Part shown: positions 53,142-61,751 of the stretch, in pieces
How positions within the stretch are numbered: the first letter of the stretch is position 1
Layout: the number at the start of each line of letters is the position of its first letter
From: an uncultured Chloroflexia bacterium
Lineage (GTDB): Bacteria; Chloroflexota; Limnocylindria; Limnocylindrales; CSP1-4
Reading direction: 5' to 3'
Assembly: GCA_963746075.1 (NCBI GenBank)
Contig: CAVUZY010000007.1
Location: 143,338 to 207,337 of the forward strand
Length of the DNA: 64,000 nucleotides
Made by a program: the position numbers and the translations under genes
Notes under the pieces: model-generated
Databases searched by the model: none
What the model was told of the DNA's origin: nothing
What the model saw: the letters and a program-made list of their open reading frames with translations, nothing else

Positions 53142-54460
53142 CGGCCCGCCAGCCCCGCGGCCTCGATCGCGTCAGCGGCCTTCGCGACCCCGTCCCGTGC
53201 CCGGATCTCCGCCCCGTTCCGGGCCATCCGCCCGCGCAGATCGGCGTCGGCGAGGAGCCGGTCGATCGCTCCGCGGAGGTCGTCGTCGGCAAACGCGTAC
53301 GTCGGCAGCCGGACGCCGAAGCCCGTCTCGTCGACCCGTTGGGCGTTGTCGTACTGGTCCCAGAACAGCGGCAGAACGATCATCGGCTTGCCGAAGTGGA
53401 AGGCCTCGGTCGTCGTGTTGTTGCCGCCGTGGGTGATCACGAGATCGACCAGCGGTACGATCTTCGTCTGGGGCAGGAACTCGGCGCCCCACATGTTCGG
53501 GGCGAGCTCGTAGTCGGCGTGCTGCGGGCCCTTCGAGACGACGTAGCGATGGGGCGTGTCGGCGAGGACCGCGACCAGCCGCCGCATCAGCGCGACGTCG
53601 GCGCTGCCCAGCGACCCCAGCGACAGGTAGACGAGAGCCGAGCCCGGCGGTCGGTCCGCCAGCTCGTCCGGCAGATCGAAGTCGCCGTCGGTTGCGCGGA
53701 CGGACGAGTCGAGGCGGCGCCAGGTCGCGTCGAGCGGCCGGCGATCGGTGTAGTCGGCGATCTGCGGGAAGACGTACAGGTTCAGGTCCCGCGAGGTGTG
53801 CTCGAACTCGAGCTCCGGCAACGGCGCCGTTCCCTGTTCCCGGCACCAGGCGTCGAAGTCCTCCCACGTCGGGCGGTGGGTCCGGTCGTACTCCTCGCGG
53901 AATGCCTGCCACTCGCTCCGGTCGTCGGATGCGAGGCCGGAGTAGGCGGGCGGGATCTCGTGGCCGGCGTCGGCCCGGATCTCCAGCGGATTGCACGACA
54001 CGATCCGGACGAACGGCTTGCCCGCGGTCTGGAGCGCCGGGAACGACACGACGTTGTCCTCGACGATCACGTCCGGTCGCTGGCGGGCGATGATCTCGCG
54101 CAGCTGCGGCTCGCAGTACTTCGCGCCGTCGATCAGGGCCCGCCAGGTCGGCTGCATGAACGTCGCGAGCTGCTCGACGGTCGGCTTGCGGAACTCCGGC
54201 GCCGTGTCGCGGATGAAGTCTTTCCAGAACTGCCCGGCGTCCTGAGGCGGCGCGTCCGGGTCCGGCTCCGGCGGCGCCGACAGGTCGACGAGATCCTCGA
54301 CGAACCCGAGCGGCGCCAGCCGGCCGTTCCACGACGCCTCGGCGGCGAAGACGACCGTGTGGCCGCGCTTGCGCAGGACGTCGCCGATCCCGACGCAGTT
54401 GTTCGTCGGGCCGTAGGCCGACTCGGGCATGAACAGGATGGTCAGCGGCTGAGCCATCAT
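53138..54460 (-). CDS. GT1-family (MGT/UDP-glycosyltransferase-type) glycosyltransferase
   Basis: From ATG 54460 after GAGGAG. N-terminal LFMPESAYGPTNNCVGIGDVLRKRGH. C-terminal donor-binding signature ITHGGNNTTTEAFHFGKPMIVLPLFWDQYDNA. Confidence 0.85.
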   Translation of the reverse strand: MMAQPLTILFMPESAYGPTNNCVGIGDVLRKRGHTVVFAAEASWNGRLAPLGFVEDLVDLSAPPEPDPDAPPQDAGQFWKDFIRDTAPEFRKPTVEQLATFMQPTWRALIDGAKYCEPQLREIIARQRPDVIVEDNVVSFPALQTAGKPFVRIVSCNPLEIRADAGHEIPPAYSGLASDDRSEWQAFREEYDRTHRPTWEDFDAWCREQGTAPLPELEFEHTSRDLNLYVFPQIADYTDRRPLDATWRRLDSSVRATDGDFDLPDELADRPPGSALVYLSLGSLGSADVALMRRLVAVLADTPHRYVVSKGPQHADYELAPNMWGAEFLPQTKIVPLVDLVITHGGNNTTTEAFHFGKPMIVLPLFWDQYDNAQRVDETGFGVRLPTYAFADDDLRGAIDRLLADADLRGRMARNGAEIRARDGVAKAADAIEAAGLAGR

Positions 54461-54466
54461 CTCCTC

Positions 54467-55795
54467 GTGACTGAGCGACTGGACGAGACGGGGCCGGGCG
54501 AGGACGCGCCGGGGATTGCCACTGCATCGTACGCGGCCGACGACCGGCTCCTCGGCGAATTGCGCGCGCACTGGCCGCCGAGCGAGCCGGCTCGCGACGG
54601 CCGCGGCCACTCGCCGACGCCCCTCGACGAGCGCGAGCCCGTCGCGGCGATCCGCCTGGCTGATCGTTTCGCCGTGGCCCTGCTTGCGGCGCCCGAACGG
54701 TCCTTCGACGTCGTGCCACTGGCCCGCGACGACCTCGGGGCGACCTCCTGGCGCCGGGCTCTCCCCGGCGACGGGCTGTCGGCGTTCGTGGCCGGCGTCC
54801 CGATGGCATCGGAGCGCGCCATCGAAGGGGACCAGACCAACGTCTCCGTGGTGGTCGGCGAGCGGGCGATCGTCAAGTGGTTCCGACGGGTCGGCCCGGG
54901 CCCGTCCCGCGCCGCGACGCTCATCGCCCACCTCGGTGCCGTGGGCTTCGCGGGGATCCCACGGCCGCTCGGGTCGATCGCGTGGCGTTCGCCGGCCGGC
55001 GTCGACCTGGCGATCGCCCAGGGCGACGGGTTGCTGCCCGGCGCCCGCGATGGCTGGGACTGGGCCGTCACGCGGCTCGAGCGCCACATCGCGCACGTCG
55101 CCCGCGACGCCGTCGCGTGCCCACCCGACTGCGACCCGTGGATCGGCGCGTCGCTAGGCCGGCTGGTCGCGGACCTGCACGCCGCGCTCGCCATCCCGTC
55201 CCTCGTGATCGCGAACCCGGTGGTCCCGGCTCTGGCCGAGACGGTCGCGGACTGGCACGAGCGCGCTCGCGCGATGCTGACCGATGCGCTCGAGCTGACG
55301 ACGGACGTCGACCCGGCCGCCGGCGTCGTGCTCGCGGGCCTGGAGCCCGGGATGCGGGCCGTGGTCGATCGCCTTCGAGTGGATCGGCCGGTCGAGACCC
55401 AGCCGGTCCACGGCGATCTGCACGTCGGGCAGGTTCTCGAGTGGACCGGGGGCCTGGCCGTGATCGACTTCGATGGCAACCCGGCGCTCGATGCGGGTGC
55501 CAACGCCCTTCGGCAGCCCGTCGAACGTGACCTGGCCCAGATGCTGTCGAGCCTCGACCACGTCGGACGGATCGTCGCCAAGCAGTCGTCGGGGACTGCC
55601 GGCGACGCGATCGGCGGCTGGATCGCCCGGACGCGACGCGAGTTCCTCGCGGCCGCCGGCGGAAGCCCGGATCCGGTGCTGCTGGCAGCCTTCGAGGTCG
55701 AGCAGGAGTGTCGCGAGCTCGTCTATGCGGCCCGGTTCCTCCGGCGCTGGCAATACGCGCCGCTCGCGACGCTCCGGGCGCGGTTCGTGTCCTGA
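54467..55795 (+). CDS. Maltokinase (Mak/Pep2)-like sugar kinase, possibly of the glucosamine-kinase type
   Basis: EGDQTNVSVVVGERAIVKWFRRV parallels the Mak motif (E)QSNTSV..ILK.FRR. QPVHGDLHVGQVLEW..LAVIDFDGNP parallels VHGDLHLGQVL..IDFEGEP. The N-terminal half of ORF 53117..55795 is antisense to the GT gene and is discarded. Start uncertain (GTG 54467 or TTG 54560). Confidence 0.7.
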   Translation: MTERLDETGPGEDAPGIATASYAADDRLLGELRAHWPPSEPARDGRGHSPTPLDEREPVAAIRLADRFAVALLAAPERSFDVVPLARDDLGATSWRRALPGDGLSAFVAGVPMASERAIEGDQTNVSVVVGERAIVKWFRRVGPGPSRAATLIAHLGAVGFAGIPRPLGSIAWRSPAGVDLAIAQGDGLLPGARDGWDWAVTRLERHIAHVARDAVACPPDCDPWIGASLGRLVADLHAALAIPSLVIANPVVPALAETVADWHERARAMLTDALELTTDVDPAAGVVLAGLEPGMRAVVDRLRVDRPVETQPVHGDLHVGQVLEWTGGLAVIDFDGNPALDAGANALRQPVERDLAQMLSSLDHVGRIVAKQSSGTAGDAIGGWIARTRREFLAAAGGSPDPVLLAAFEVEQECRELVYAARFLRRWQYAPLATLRARFVS

Positions 55796-55821
55796 TCGCC
55801 GACCTGCCACGATCGTCGCTG

Positions 55822-56799
55822 ATGAACCCGCTCCACTTCCTCGCCGACCTCGAGACGAAGCCGCAGTGGCTCGAGCTCCTCGCCGACCGCCTGGCGGCGG
55901 GCAACCCGTTCGCGGTCGCGCCGCGCGACGTCGACCGGGTCCTGTTCCTGGGGATGGGCAGCTCACGCTTCGCCGCGTCGGTCGCCGCCCAGGACCTGCG
56001 GGTGGCCGGGATCGCCGCCGCGGCCGAGCCGGCCTCGGTCGACGCGAGCTGGCCGCCCGACGCGCGCACGCTCGTGGTCGCGGTCTCGGCCACGGGCGAG
56101 AGCGCGGAGACCCTCGACGCGGTCGAGCGGTACCGCGGTCGGTCGCCGGTCGTTGCGCTCGTCAACGATCCGGGCTCGATGCTCGCGTCCCGGGCCGACG
56201 TGATCGTCGAGATGGGCGCGGGCGAGGAGGTCGGCGGCGTCGCGTGCCGGACCTTCCAGCACACCGGGCTGCTCCTGCGGGCGCTCGAAGGTCACCTGAC
56301 CGGGCTCGATGACGACGTCGTCGGCCTGACGCGCCAGGTCGCGGCGGCTTCGGCCGATCTGCTGCGAACCAGCGCCGAGTGGCTACCGTCGCTGACGACG
56401 AACGTCGCCTCGCCGGATGGGCTGTTCCTGCTGGCGCCGGTGGAGCGGTTCTCGACGGCAGAGCAGGGAGCGCTGATGATCCGCGAGGGGCCGCGCCGGC
56501 CGGCGGTCGGCTGCGAGACCGGCGACTGGGCCCACGTCGACGTGTACCTGACGAAGACGCTCGACTACCGGGCGATCCTGTTCGCCGGCTCGCGCTGGGA
56601 TGGCCAGGCGCTCGACTGGCTGGCGAAGCGATCCGCGACCGTCGTGGCGGTTGGGGCGGACGTCCCTGAAGTGGCTGCGGTCATCCGCTTCGCGGGCGAC
56701 GACGACCCGGCGGTCGCCCGCTATTCCGAGGTGCTCGTCCCGGAGCTGCTCGCCGCGACGTGGTGGCGGGCGCTGGAGCCGGTCGGCGCGGACTCCTAG
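55822..56799 (+). CDS. SIS-domain sugar-phosphate isomerase/binding protein
   Basis: From ATG 55822: VLFLGMGSSRFAA and VVAVSATGESAET are the SIS phosphosugar-binding motifs. There is a second degenerate SIS half. Confidence 0.8.
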   Translation: MNPLHFLADLETKPQWLELLADRLAAGNPFAVAPRDVDRVLFLGMGSSRFAASVAAQDLRVAGIAAAAEPASVDASWPPDARTLVVAVSATGESAETLDAVERYRGRSPVVALVNDPGSMLASRADVIVEMGAGEEVGGVACRTFQHTGLLLRALEGHLTGLDDDVVGLTRQVAAASADLLRTSAEWLPSLTTNVASPDGLFLLAPVERFSTAEQGALMIREGPRRPAVGCETGDWAHVDVYLTKTLDYRAILFAGSRWDGQALDWLAKRSATVVAVGADVPEVAAVIRFAGDDDPAVARYSEVLVPELLAATWWRALEPVGADS

Positions 56800-57911
56800 C
56801 TCGTTCCCGACGCGACCGTCGCGCCGTCGCTGGCAGCCGCAAGCGCCTCCTCGGAGACGCCAACACCGAGACCGGGGCCGTCGGGCAGGGCCATGACACC
56901 CGCCGAGATCGACGGCGACTCGCGGAGGATGTCGCTGACCAGGTTGAGCCCGAACGAGTTCTCGCTCGGCGAGTCGAGGGTCGTCGTGCGGCATGCGAAC
57001 TGCACTGCCGCGGCAGCGCTCAACCCACCGCCGACCGCCGATCCGACGACGCACGACAGGCCGTGCGCCTCGGCTGTCGTGAGGATCCGCAGGGATTCCG
57101 AGAAGCCGGTTCGGGCGGTCTTGATGCTGACCAGCCCGATGGCGCCGAGGTCGATCTCGCGAACGACATCCGCGAGCGTGAAGCAACTGTCATCGCCGAG
57201 GATCGGCATCGGGATGTCCCGGGCCAATGCCGCCCGACCGCGGAGATCGGGGCAGGGCAGGGGCTCCTCGACGTACGCCAGATCCAGGTCCGCCATGCGT
57301 GCCAGGGTGCGGACGGCGGTGCGACGCGTGTAGCCCTGGTTCGCGTCGAGGCTGAGCTGGGCGTCGGGCAACCGGCGACGGATTGCCGTCATGGCCGCGA
57401 CGTCGGCCTCGGGATCCTCGCCGCCCTTGACCTTGAAGGCACGGATGCCATGGGCTTCGAACTGTTGCGCGGCTTCGGCGGCCATCGTCTCGGGTGCGTT
57501 GATGCCGACGGTGTACGAGACCTCCTGGCGACTCTTGGCCGAGCCCCAGAGCCGCGCGAGGGACACGCCCAGCGCGCGAGCGTGCAGGTCGTGAAGGGCG
57601 ATGTCGACGGCGGCGCGGGCACTGTTGTTCGCGGGAACGGCCGAGAGGCGGTGGTCGGCCTCCTCGAGATCGCCAACCTCGAGACCGACGATCATCCGCG
57701 AGAGGTGCTGGCCGATGATCGCCACGATCGAGTCCTGGGTCTCGCCGTAGATCGTGACCTTGGACAGCGCTTCGCCGATCCCGACCTGGCCATCGTCGGT
57801 GTGGACCCGGACGAGCACATGCTTCGAGGTGTCCGACACCGAGTCCCGCATGTGCATCGGCGCCCGTCGCTTCAGGCGGAACGGGATCGCGTCGACCCGG
57901 GAGATGCGCAT
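56796..57911 (-). CDS. Enolase-superfamily enzyme (mandelate racemase/muconate lactonizing/dipeptide-epimerase-like)
   Basis: From ATG 57911: MRISRVDAIPFRL..GIGEA, FKVKGG, SLDANQGY, YVEEP, ILGDDS (metal ligands D/E/D pattern). Confidence 0.85.
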   Translation of the reverse strand: MRISRVDAIPFRLKRRAPMHMRDSVSDTSKHVLVRVHTDDGQVGIGEALSKVTIYGETQDSIVAIIGQHLSRMIVGLEVGDLEEADHRLSAVPANNSARAAVDIALHDLHARALGVSLARLWGSAKSRQEVSYTVGINAPETMAAEAAQQFEAHGIRAFKVKGGEDPEADVAAMTAIRRRLPDAQLSLDANQGYTRRTAVRTLARMADLDLAYVEEPLPCPDLRGRAALARDIPMPILGDDSCFTLADVVREIDLGAIGLVSIKTARTGFSESLRILTTAEAHGLSCVVGSAVGGGLSAAAAVQFACRTTTLDSPSENSFGLNLVSDILRESPSISAGVMALPDGPGLGVGVSEEALAAASDGATVASGTS

Positions 57912-57921
57912 CAGTCGGTCC

Positions 57922-60135
57922 TCACCTGGTTGGGGCGTTCGCCGGGATCGGGTTGTCGGCGCCCGGTTCACGCAGTGTCGCAAGTCCGTCGACGGCGACC
58001 GCCGCATCCCGCGTGATCAGCAGGGGGTTCACCTCGAGGGAGTCGATCCATGGCGCGAGCTCGGCCCCGAGGCGGGAGATCCGCGCAATCGCCTCGGCCG
58101 TGGCCCGCACCGCCGTGGCGCCGGCGGATCCGGACGTCAGCACGCGCTCGAATCCACGGAGCGATCGGAGCATCTCCTCGGCGCCGGTGGCGCCGACCGG
58201 CGCGAGTCGGGTGGTCGTGTCGTCCAGGGCTTCGGCAAGGACTCCGCCGGTCGCCACCGTGAGCACGGCCCCGAACTGCGGGTCGATCGTGACGCCCACG
58301 AGCAGCTCGGCCACGCCGGCCACCTCCTGCTGGACGAGGACGCTCTCGAGGTGCCCGGCGCCCGGGACGTCGTCGACGGCTGCGGCGATCGCGTCGTAGG
58401 CACGCCGGACGGCGTCGTCGTCTGTGATCCCGGTTCGCACGCCGCCCATCGCCGATCGGTGTGCCAGCGTCGGCGTTGCGACCTTCAGGACCACGGGAAA
58501 CCCGAGGCCCCGAGCGAGCACGACCGCATCCCCGGCCGAGCCTGCCAGGCCGCCGAGCGGCACGGCGATCCCGGTTCCGCTCAGGATCGACTGGCACTCG
58601 ATCTCGCCGATGATGCGCCGACCGGATGCGGCCGCCAGCCGGACCGCCTCGGGAGGCTCGGCGCGGACCTCGGCCGCGGCGGTCACGGGGCGCCCGGCCG
58701 CCTCGAGCGATGCGACCGCCCGGAGCGCCTCGAGCCCGTTGAGGAACGGCACCGGGCCAGCGACGATGTCCGGTCGCCAGTAGCCGCTCAGTCCCTCCGG
58801 GATCGACGAGATCACCAGGAGCTGTGGGCCGCGGGGATCGTAGGCGCCGGTGAAGGCCCGAACGAGTCGCCGGTGGGCCTCGCTGCCGCCGCCCTGACGA
58901 AGGTGCATCACGAGAGCGATCGATCCCACGGCGGGATCGGCGGCGAGGGCTTCGACCGACTGGCGGACGACGGCACTGTCCTCGATGGCCGCGGCCGTGA
59001 TGTCGAGTGGATTCTCCCCGACACCGATGTCGGGGATGATCGCCGCAAGACGGGCCTTCGTGGCGTCCTGCAGCTCGGCCAGCGGGATTCCGTAGGCCTC
59101 CGCGAGGTCCGTCACCAGGATCTTGGTGCCTCCGGAGATCGTCAGCACGGCCAGGTCGCCTCGTCGTCGGCCCGGGGCCCGCTTCTCGAACAACGCGAGA
59201 TGATCGACCAGCTGGGTGATCGTCTGGACGACGGTCACCCCCGCGTCGCGGCACGCCGCGTCGAAGACCCGCGCCTCGCCTGCGAGGGCGGCGGTATGGC
59301 TCTGGACGGCAGCCGCGCCGCGGAGCGATCGCCCGAGCTTCAGCGCGACGACCCGGATGTCCCGAGCGGCAGCATCGACGGCAAGGCCCAGGAAGCGGCG
59401 GCCGTCCGGGATTCCTTCCGCGATCAACCCGATGCAGCGGGTCGCCGGATCCTCGATCGCGTGTTCGAGCACGTCGACGATCGTCACGTCAGCCTCGTTG
59501 CCCGTCGACACGAGGAGACTGTGGCCGAGCCCGATCCGCGACCCGTATTCCAGGGCGGAGATCATCAGCCCGCCGCCCTGCGAGATGATCGCCGCGCCGC
59601 CCGCCCGCAGGCCCTCCGGCAGGCTCGCGGGCGGAACGACGAGTGCCGCTACGCCGGCCGCGGGACTCGCGAACCCGAGGCAGTTCGGCCCGAGGAGCCG
59701 CACGTCGCCGGCGGACGCGATCGATGCCAGCTCGGCCTGCGCCGCCGTGCCGGCCACTCCCATCTCTGCGAACCCGGCCGTGTACACCATCAGGGCGCGG
59801 ACGCCCGAGGTTGCCGCGTCCGCCACGACGCCGGCGACGAGCTCGGGCCGGACCATGACGATCGCAAGGTCGATCTGGCCGCCCGCGGCAGCAAGCGACG
59901 GAAACGCCGGACGTCCCAGGATCGACCCGTGGTTGGGATTGATCGCAACGATCTCCCCGGGGAACCCGCCGCGCTCGATCGTCCGCATGAGGTTCGCGGC
60001 GGGTCCCGGACGTTCGCTCGCCCCCACGATGGCAATTCGGCCGGGCGAGAAGAACCCGGCGGGGAGCGGAGTGGTTCGGCCATCCGGACCGGACCTGCCC
60101 TCGGCGGAGGCCGCCTTCACGATACCGTCCCTCAC
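57922..60135 (-). CDS. ADP-forming acyl-CoA synthetase (CoA-binding, ligase-CoA and ATP-grasp domains)
   Basis: 737-aa ORF. SPGRIAIVGAS (CoA-binding Rossmann), GPNCLG, SQGGG, SHTAALAG (phospho-His loop), and a C-terminal ATP-grasp (GFPVVLKV...). Confidence 0.85.
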   Translation of the reverse strand: MRDGIVKAASAEGRSGPDGRTTPLPAGFFSPGRIAIVGASERPGPAANLMRTIERGGFPGEIVAINPNHGSILGRPAFPSLAAAGGQIDLAIVMVRPELVAGVVADAATSGVRALMVYTAGFAEMGVAGTAAQAELASIASAGDVRLLGPNCLGFASPAAGVAALVVPPASLPEGLRAGGAAIISQGGGLMISALEYGSRIGLGHSLLVSTGNEADVTIVDVLEHAIEDPATRCIGLIAEGIPDGRRFLGLAVDAAARDIRVVALKLGRSLRGAAAVQSHTAALAGEARVFDAACRDAGVTVVQTITQLVDHLALFEKRAPGRRRGDLAVLTISGGTKILVTDLAEAYGIPLAELQDATKARLAAIIPDIGVGENPLDITAAAIEDSAVVRQSVEALAADPAVGSIALVMHLRQGGGSEAHRRLVRAFTGAYDPRGPQLLVISSIPEGLSGYWRPDIVAGPVPFLNGLEALRAVASLEAAGRPVTAAAEVRAEPPEAVRLAAASGRRIIGEIECQSILSGTGIAVPLGGLAGSAGDAVVLARGLGFPVVLKVATPTLAHRSAMGGVRTGITDDDAVRRAYDAIAAAVDDVPGAGHLESVLVQQEVAGVAELLVGVTIDPQFGAVLTVATGGVLAEALDDTTTRLAPVGATGAEEMLRSLRGFERVLTSGSAGATAVRATAEAIARISRLGAELAPWIDSLEVNPLLITRDAAVAVDGLATLREPGADNPIPANAPTR

Positions 60136-60137
60136 GT

Positions 60138-60152
60138 TGCATACATTATGCG
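60138..60152. promoter_or_regulatory. Palindromic operator candidate, copy 1 (ACS / lyase divergent region)
   Basis: TGCATA-cat-TATGCG lies in the 35-bp gap between GTG 60135 (minus) and TTG 60171 (plus). Its complement GCATAATGTATGCA is identical to copy 2. Confidence 0.55.
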
Positions 60153-60170
60153 ACCTGCTACGATCGCCGC

Positions 60171-61751
60171 TTGACGGCCGCGGCGGACCTCGCGCGGGCG
60201 AGCGATTCGACCCCCAGACAGTGCGGTTGCGAGGATGTCCCGGTGGCAGTAGGTGGATACCGCGAACGGTTCTTCCGCGAGCCCGTCGATTCCGAGCTCA
60301 AGGACGTGATGGAGGTGGAGCGCGCGCGCCCGCTCCACGCCGAGTATCAGCGTTGCGACAAGGCCCAGACCGTGATGCTGGTCGAGTCTGGCCTCGTCCC
60401 CGCTGGCGCGGCGGCAGCGATTCTCGAGACGCTGTTGAACCTCGACGGCGACCAGCTCGGCCCACGGCGGACGGAAGCCGGCGGCGGAGCCCATGCCGGC
60501 GAACAGATCGTCACCTCCGTGCTCGGCGCCGACGTCGGTGGGTACATCAACCTCGGGCGGAGCACGGGTGACCTGACCGCGACGGCCGTCCGGATGCACC
60601 TGAAGCGCCGGCTCATCGATCAGCTCGATGCCCTGATCGCGACGCGGAGATCCCTGTCGGCGGCGGCGGGACTCCACGTCGACACGGTCCTGGCCGGGTA
60701 CACACACGGCCAGCAGACCCACCCCGTGACGTTGGGCCACATCATGGTGGCGTACGCCGAGGCGCTCGGTCGCGACTTCGACCGGCTGTCCGCCGCGCTC
60801 GCCCGCGCCGACCGGTGTCCCGCCGGCGCGGCGATCATGGCCGGGACGTCGATGCCGATCGACCGCGAACGGGTCGCCCGGCTCCTCGGGTTCGGCGCGG
60901 TCGATTTGAACACGTACGACGCGGTGTTGGCCCAGGACGTCCTTCTCGAAGGTCTCTGGGCGGTCGCCATGACGGCGGCCGACCTGGCCCGCATCTCCGA
61001 GGACCTGATGTTCCTGTCCTCGACGGAGATCGCCGTGGTCGCGATCCCGGACCGGTTCAGCGGGACCAGCAGCATCGCCGCCCACAAGCGGAACCCGTAT
61101 GCGCCCCAGGTGATCAAAGGCGGCGGGGCTGCCGCGGTCGGCGCGCTCGTCAGCGGGTTCATGGTCGAGAAAGGTCCGACCGGCATGGCCATCCAGGACC
61201 GGGCGTACACCCTGAAGGCACTCTGGTCCGGGATCGACGACCTCGAGCGTCACCTCCGCTGGACGAGCCAGATCGTCGATGGTCTCGAGGTCGACGCGGA
61301 CACGGCTCGCCGCCTCGTCGAGACCCACTGGGCGACCACCACGGATGTCGCCGCGCTCCTGGTCGACGCGCACGATCTGCCGTGGCGGACGGCCCATCAG
61401 ATCGTCGGGACGTTCGTGCGGGAGCTGCGTGCCCGGGGCGCGGGACCCGCCGACGCGCGGCCCGAGGACCTCGCCGACGCAGCCACCGCGGTCATCGGCG
61501 CGCCGATCTCCGTGTCGGCCGCCGACCTCCGCGATGCGCTGAGCGCCGGCGCGTTCGTTCGGCGCCGAGCCTTCCCCGGCGGACCTGCTCCCGCCGCGGT
61601 CGAGACCCACGTCCGGGCCCTCGATGAGATCCTCGAACGGGACCGGGCCACGGCCGATACCGAGCGCCAACGGATGCAGGAAGCGGACGACATGTTGGAC
61701 TCGGCCGTCCGGGCCTGCATCCAAGCCGGAGGTCCGTCCGGTGGCGCCTGA
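60171..61751 (+). CDS. Argininosuccinate-lyase/fumarase-superfamily C-N or C-O lyase (atypical signature)
   Basis: 526-aa ORF. GYTHGQQTHPVTLGH (conserved His region) and the SS-loop signature variant SGTSSIAAHKRNP in place of GSSxMPxKxN. Overall ArgH-like length. Start (TTG 60171) uncertain. Confidence 0.75.
   Translation: MTAAADLARASDSTPRQCGCEDVPVAVGGYRERFFREPVDSELKDVMEVERARPLHAEYQRCDKAQTVMLVESGLVPAGAAAAILETLLNLDGDQLGPRRTEAGGGAHAGEQIVTSVLGADVGGYINLGRSTGDLTATAVRMHLKRRLIDQLDALIATRRSLSAAAGLHVDTVLAGYTHGQQTHPVTLGHIMVAYAEALGRDFDRLSAALARADRCPAGAAIMAGTSMPIDRERVARLLGFGAVDLNTYDAVLAQDVLLEGLWAVAMTAADLARISEDLMFLSSTEIAVVAIPDRFSGTSSIAAHKRNPYAPQVIKGGGAAAVGALVSGFMVEKGPTGMAIQDRAYTLKALWSGIDDLERHLRWTSQIVDGLEVDADTARRLVETHWATTTDVAALLVDAHDLPWRTAHQIVGTFVRELRARGAGPADARPEDLADAATAVIGAPISVSAADLRDALSAGAFVRRRAFPGGPAPAAVETHVRALDEILERDRATADTERQRMQEADDMLDSAVRACIQAGGPSGGA

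Noticed and set aside
53117-54466. N-terminal 450 aa of the 892-aa plus-strand ORF 53117..55795.
   Set aside because: It is antisense to the well-supported glycosyltransferase gene and of junk-like composition. Only the part from about 54467 onward has Mak-like motifs.
56796-56799. Convergent SIS and enolase-superfamily genes sharing a 4-bp CTAG that provides both stop codons.
   Set aside because: This is a trivial consequence of a palindromic TAG/CTA overlap. There is no evidence of functional coupling.
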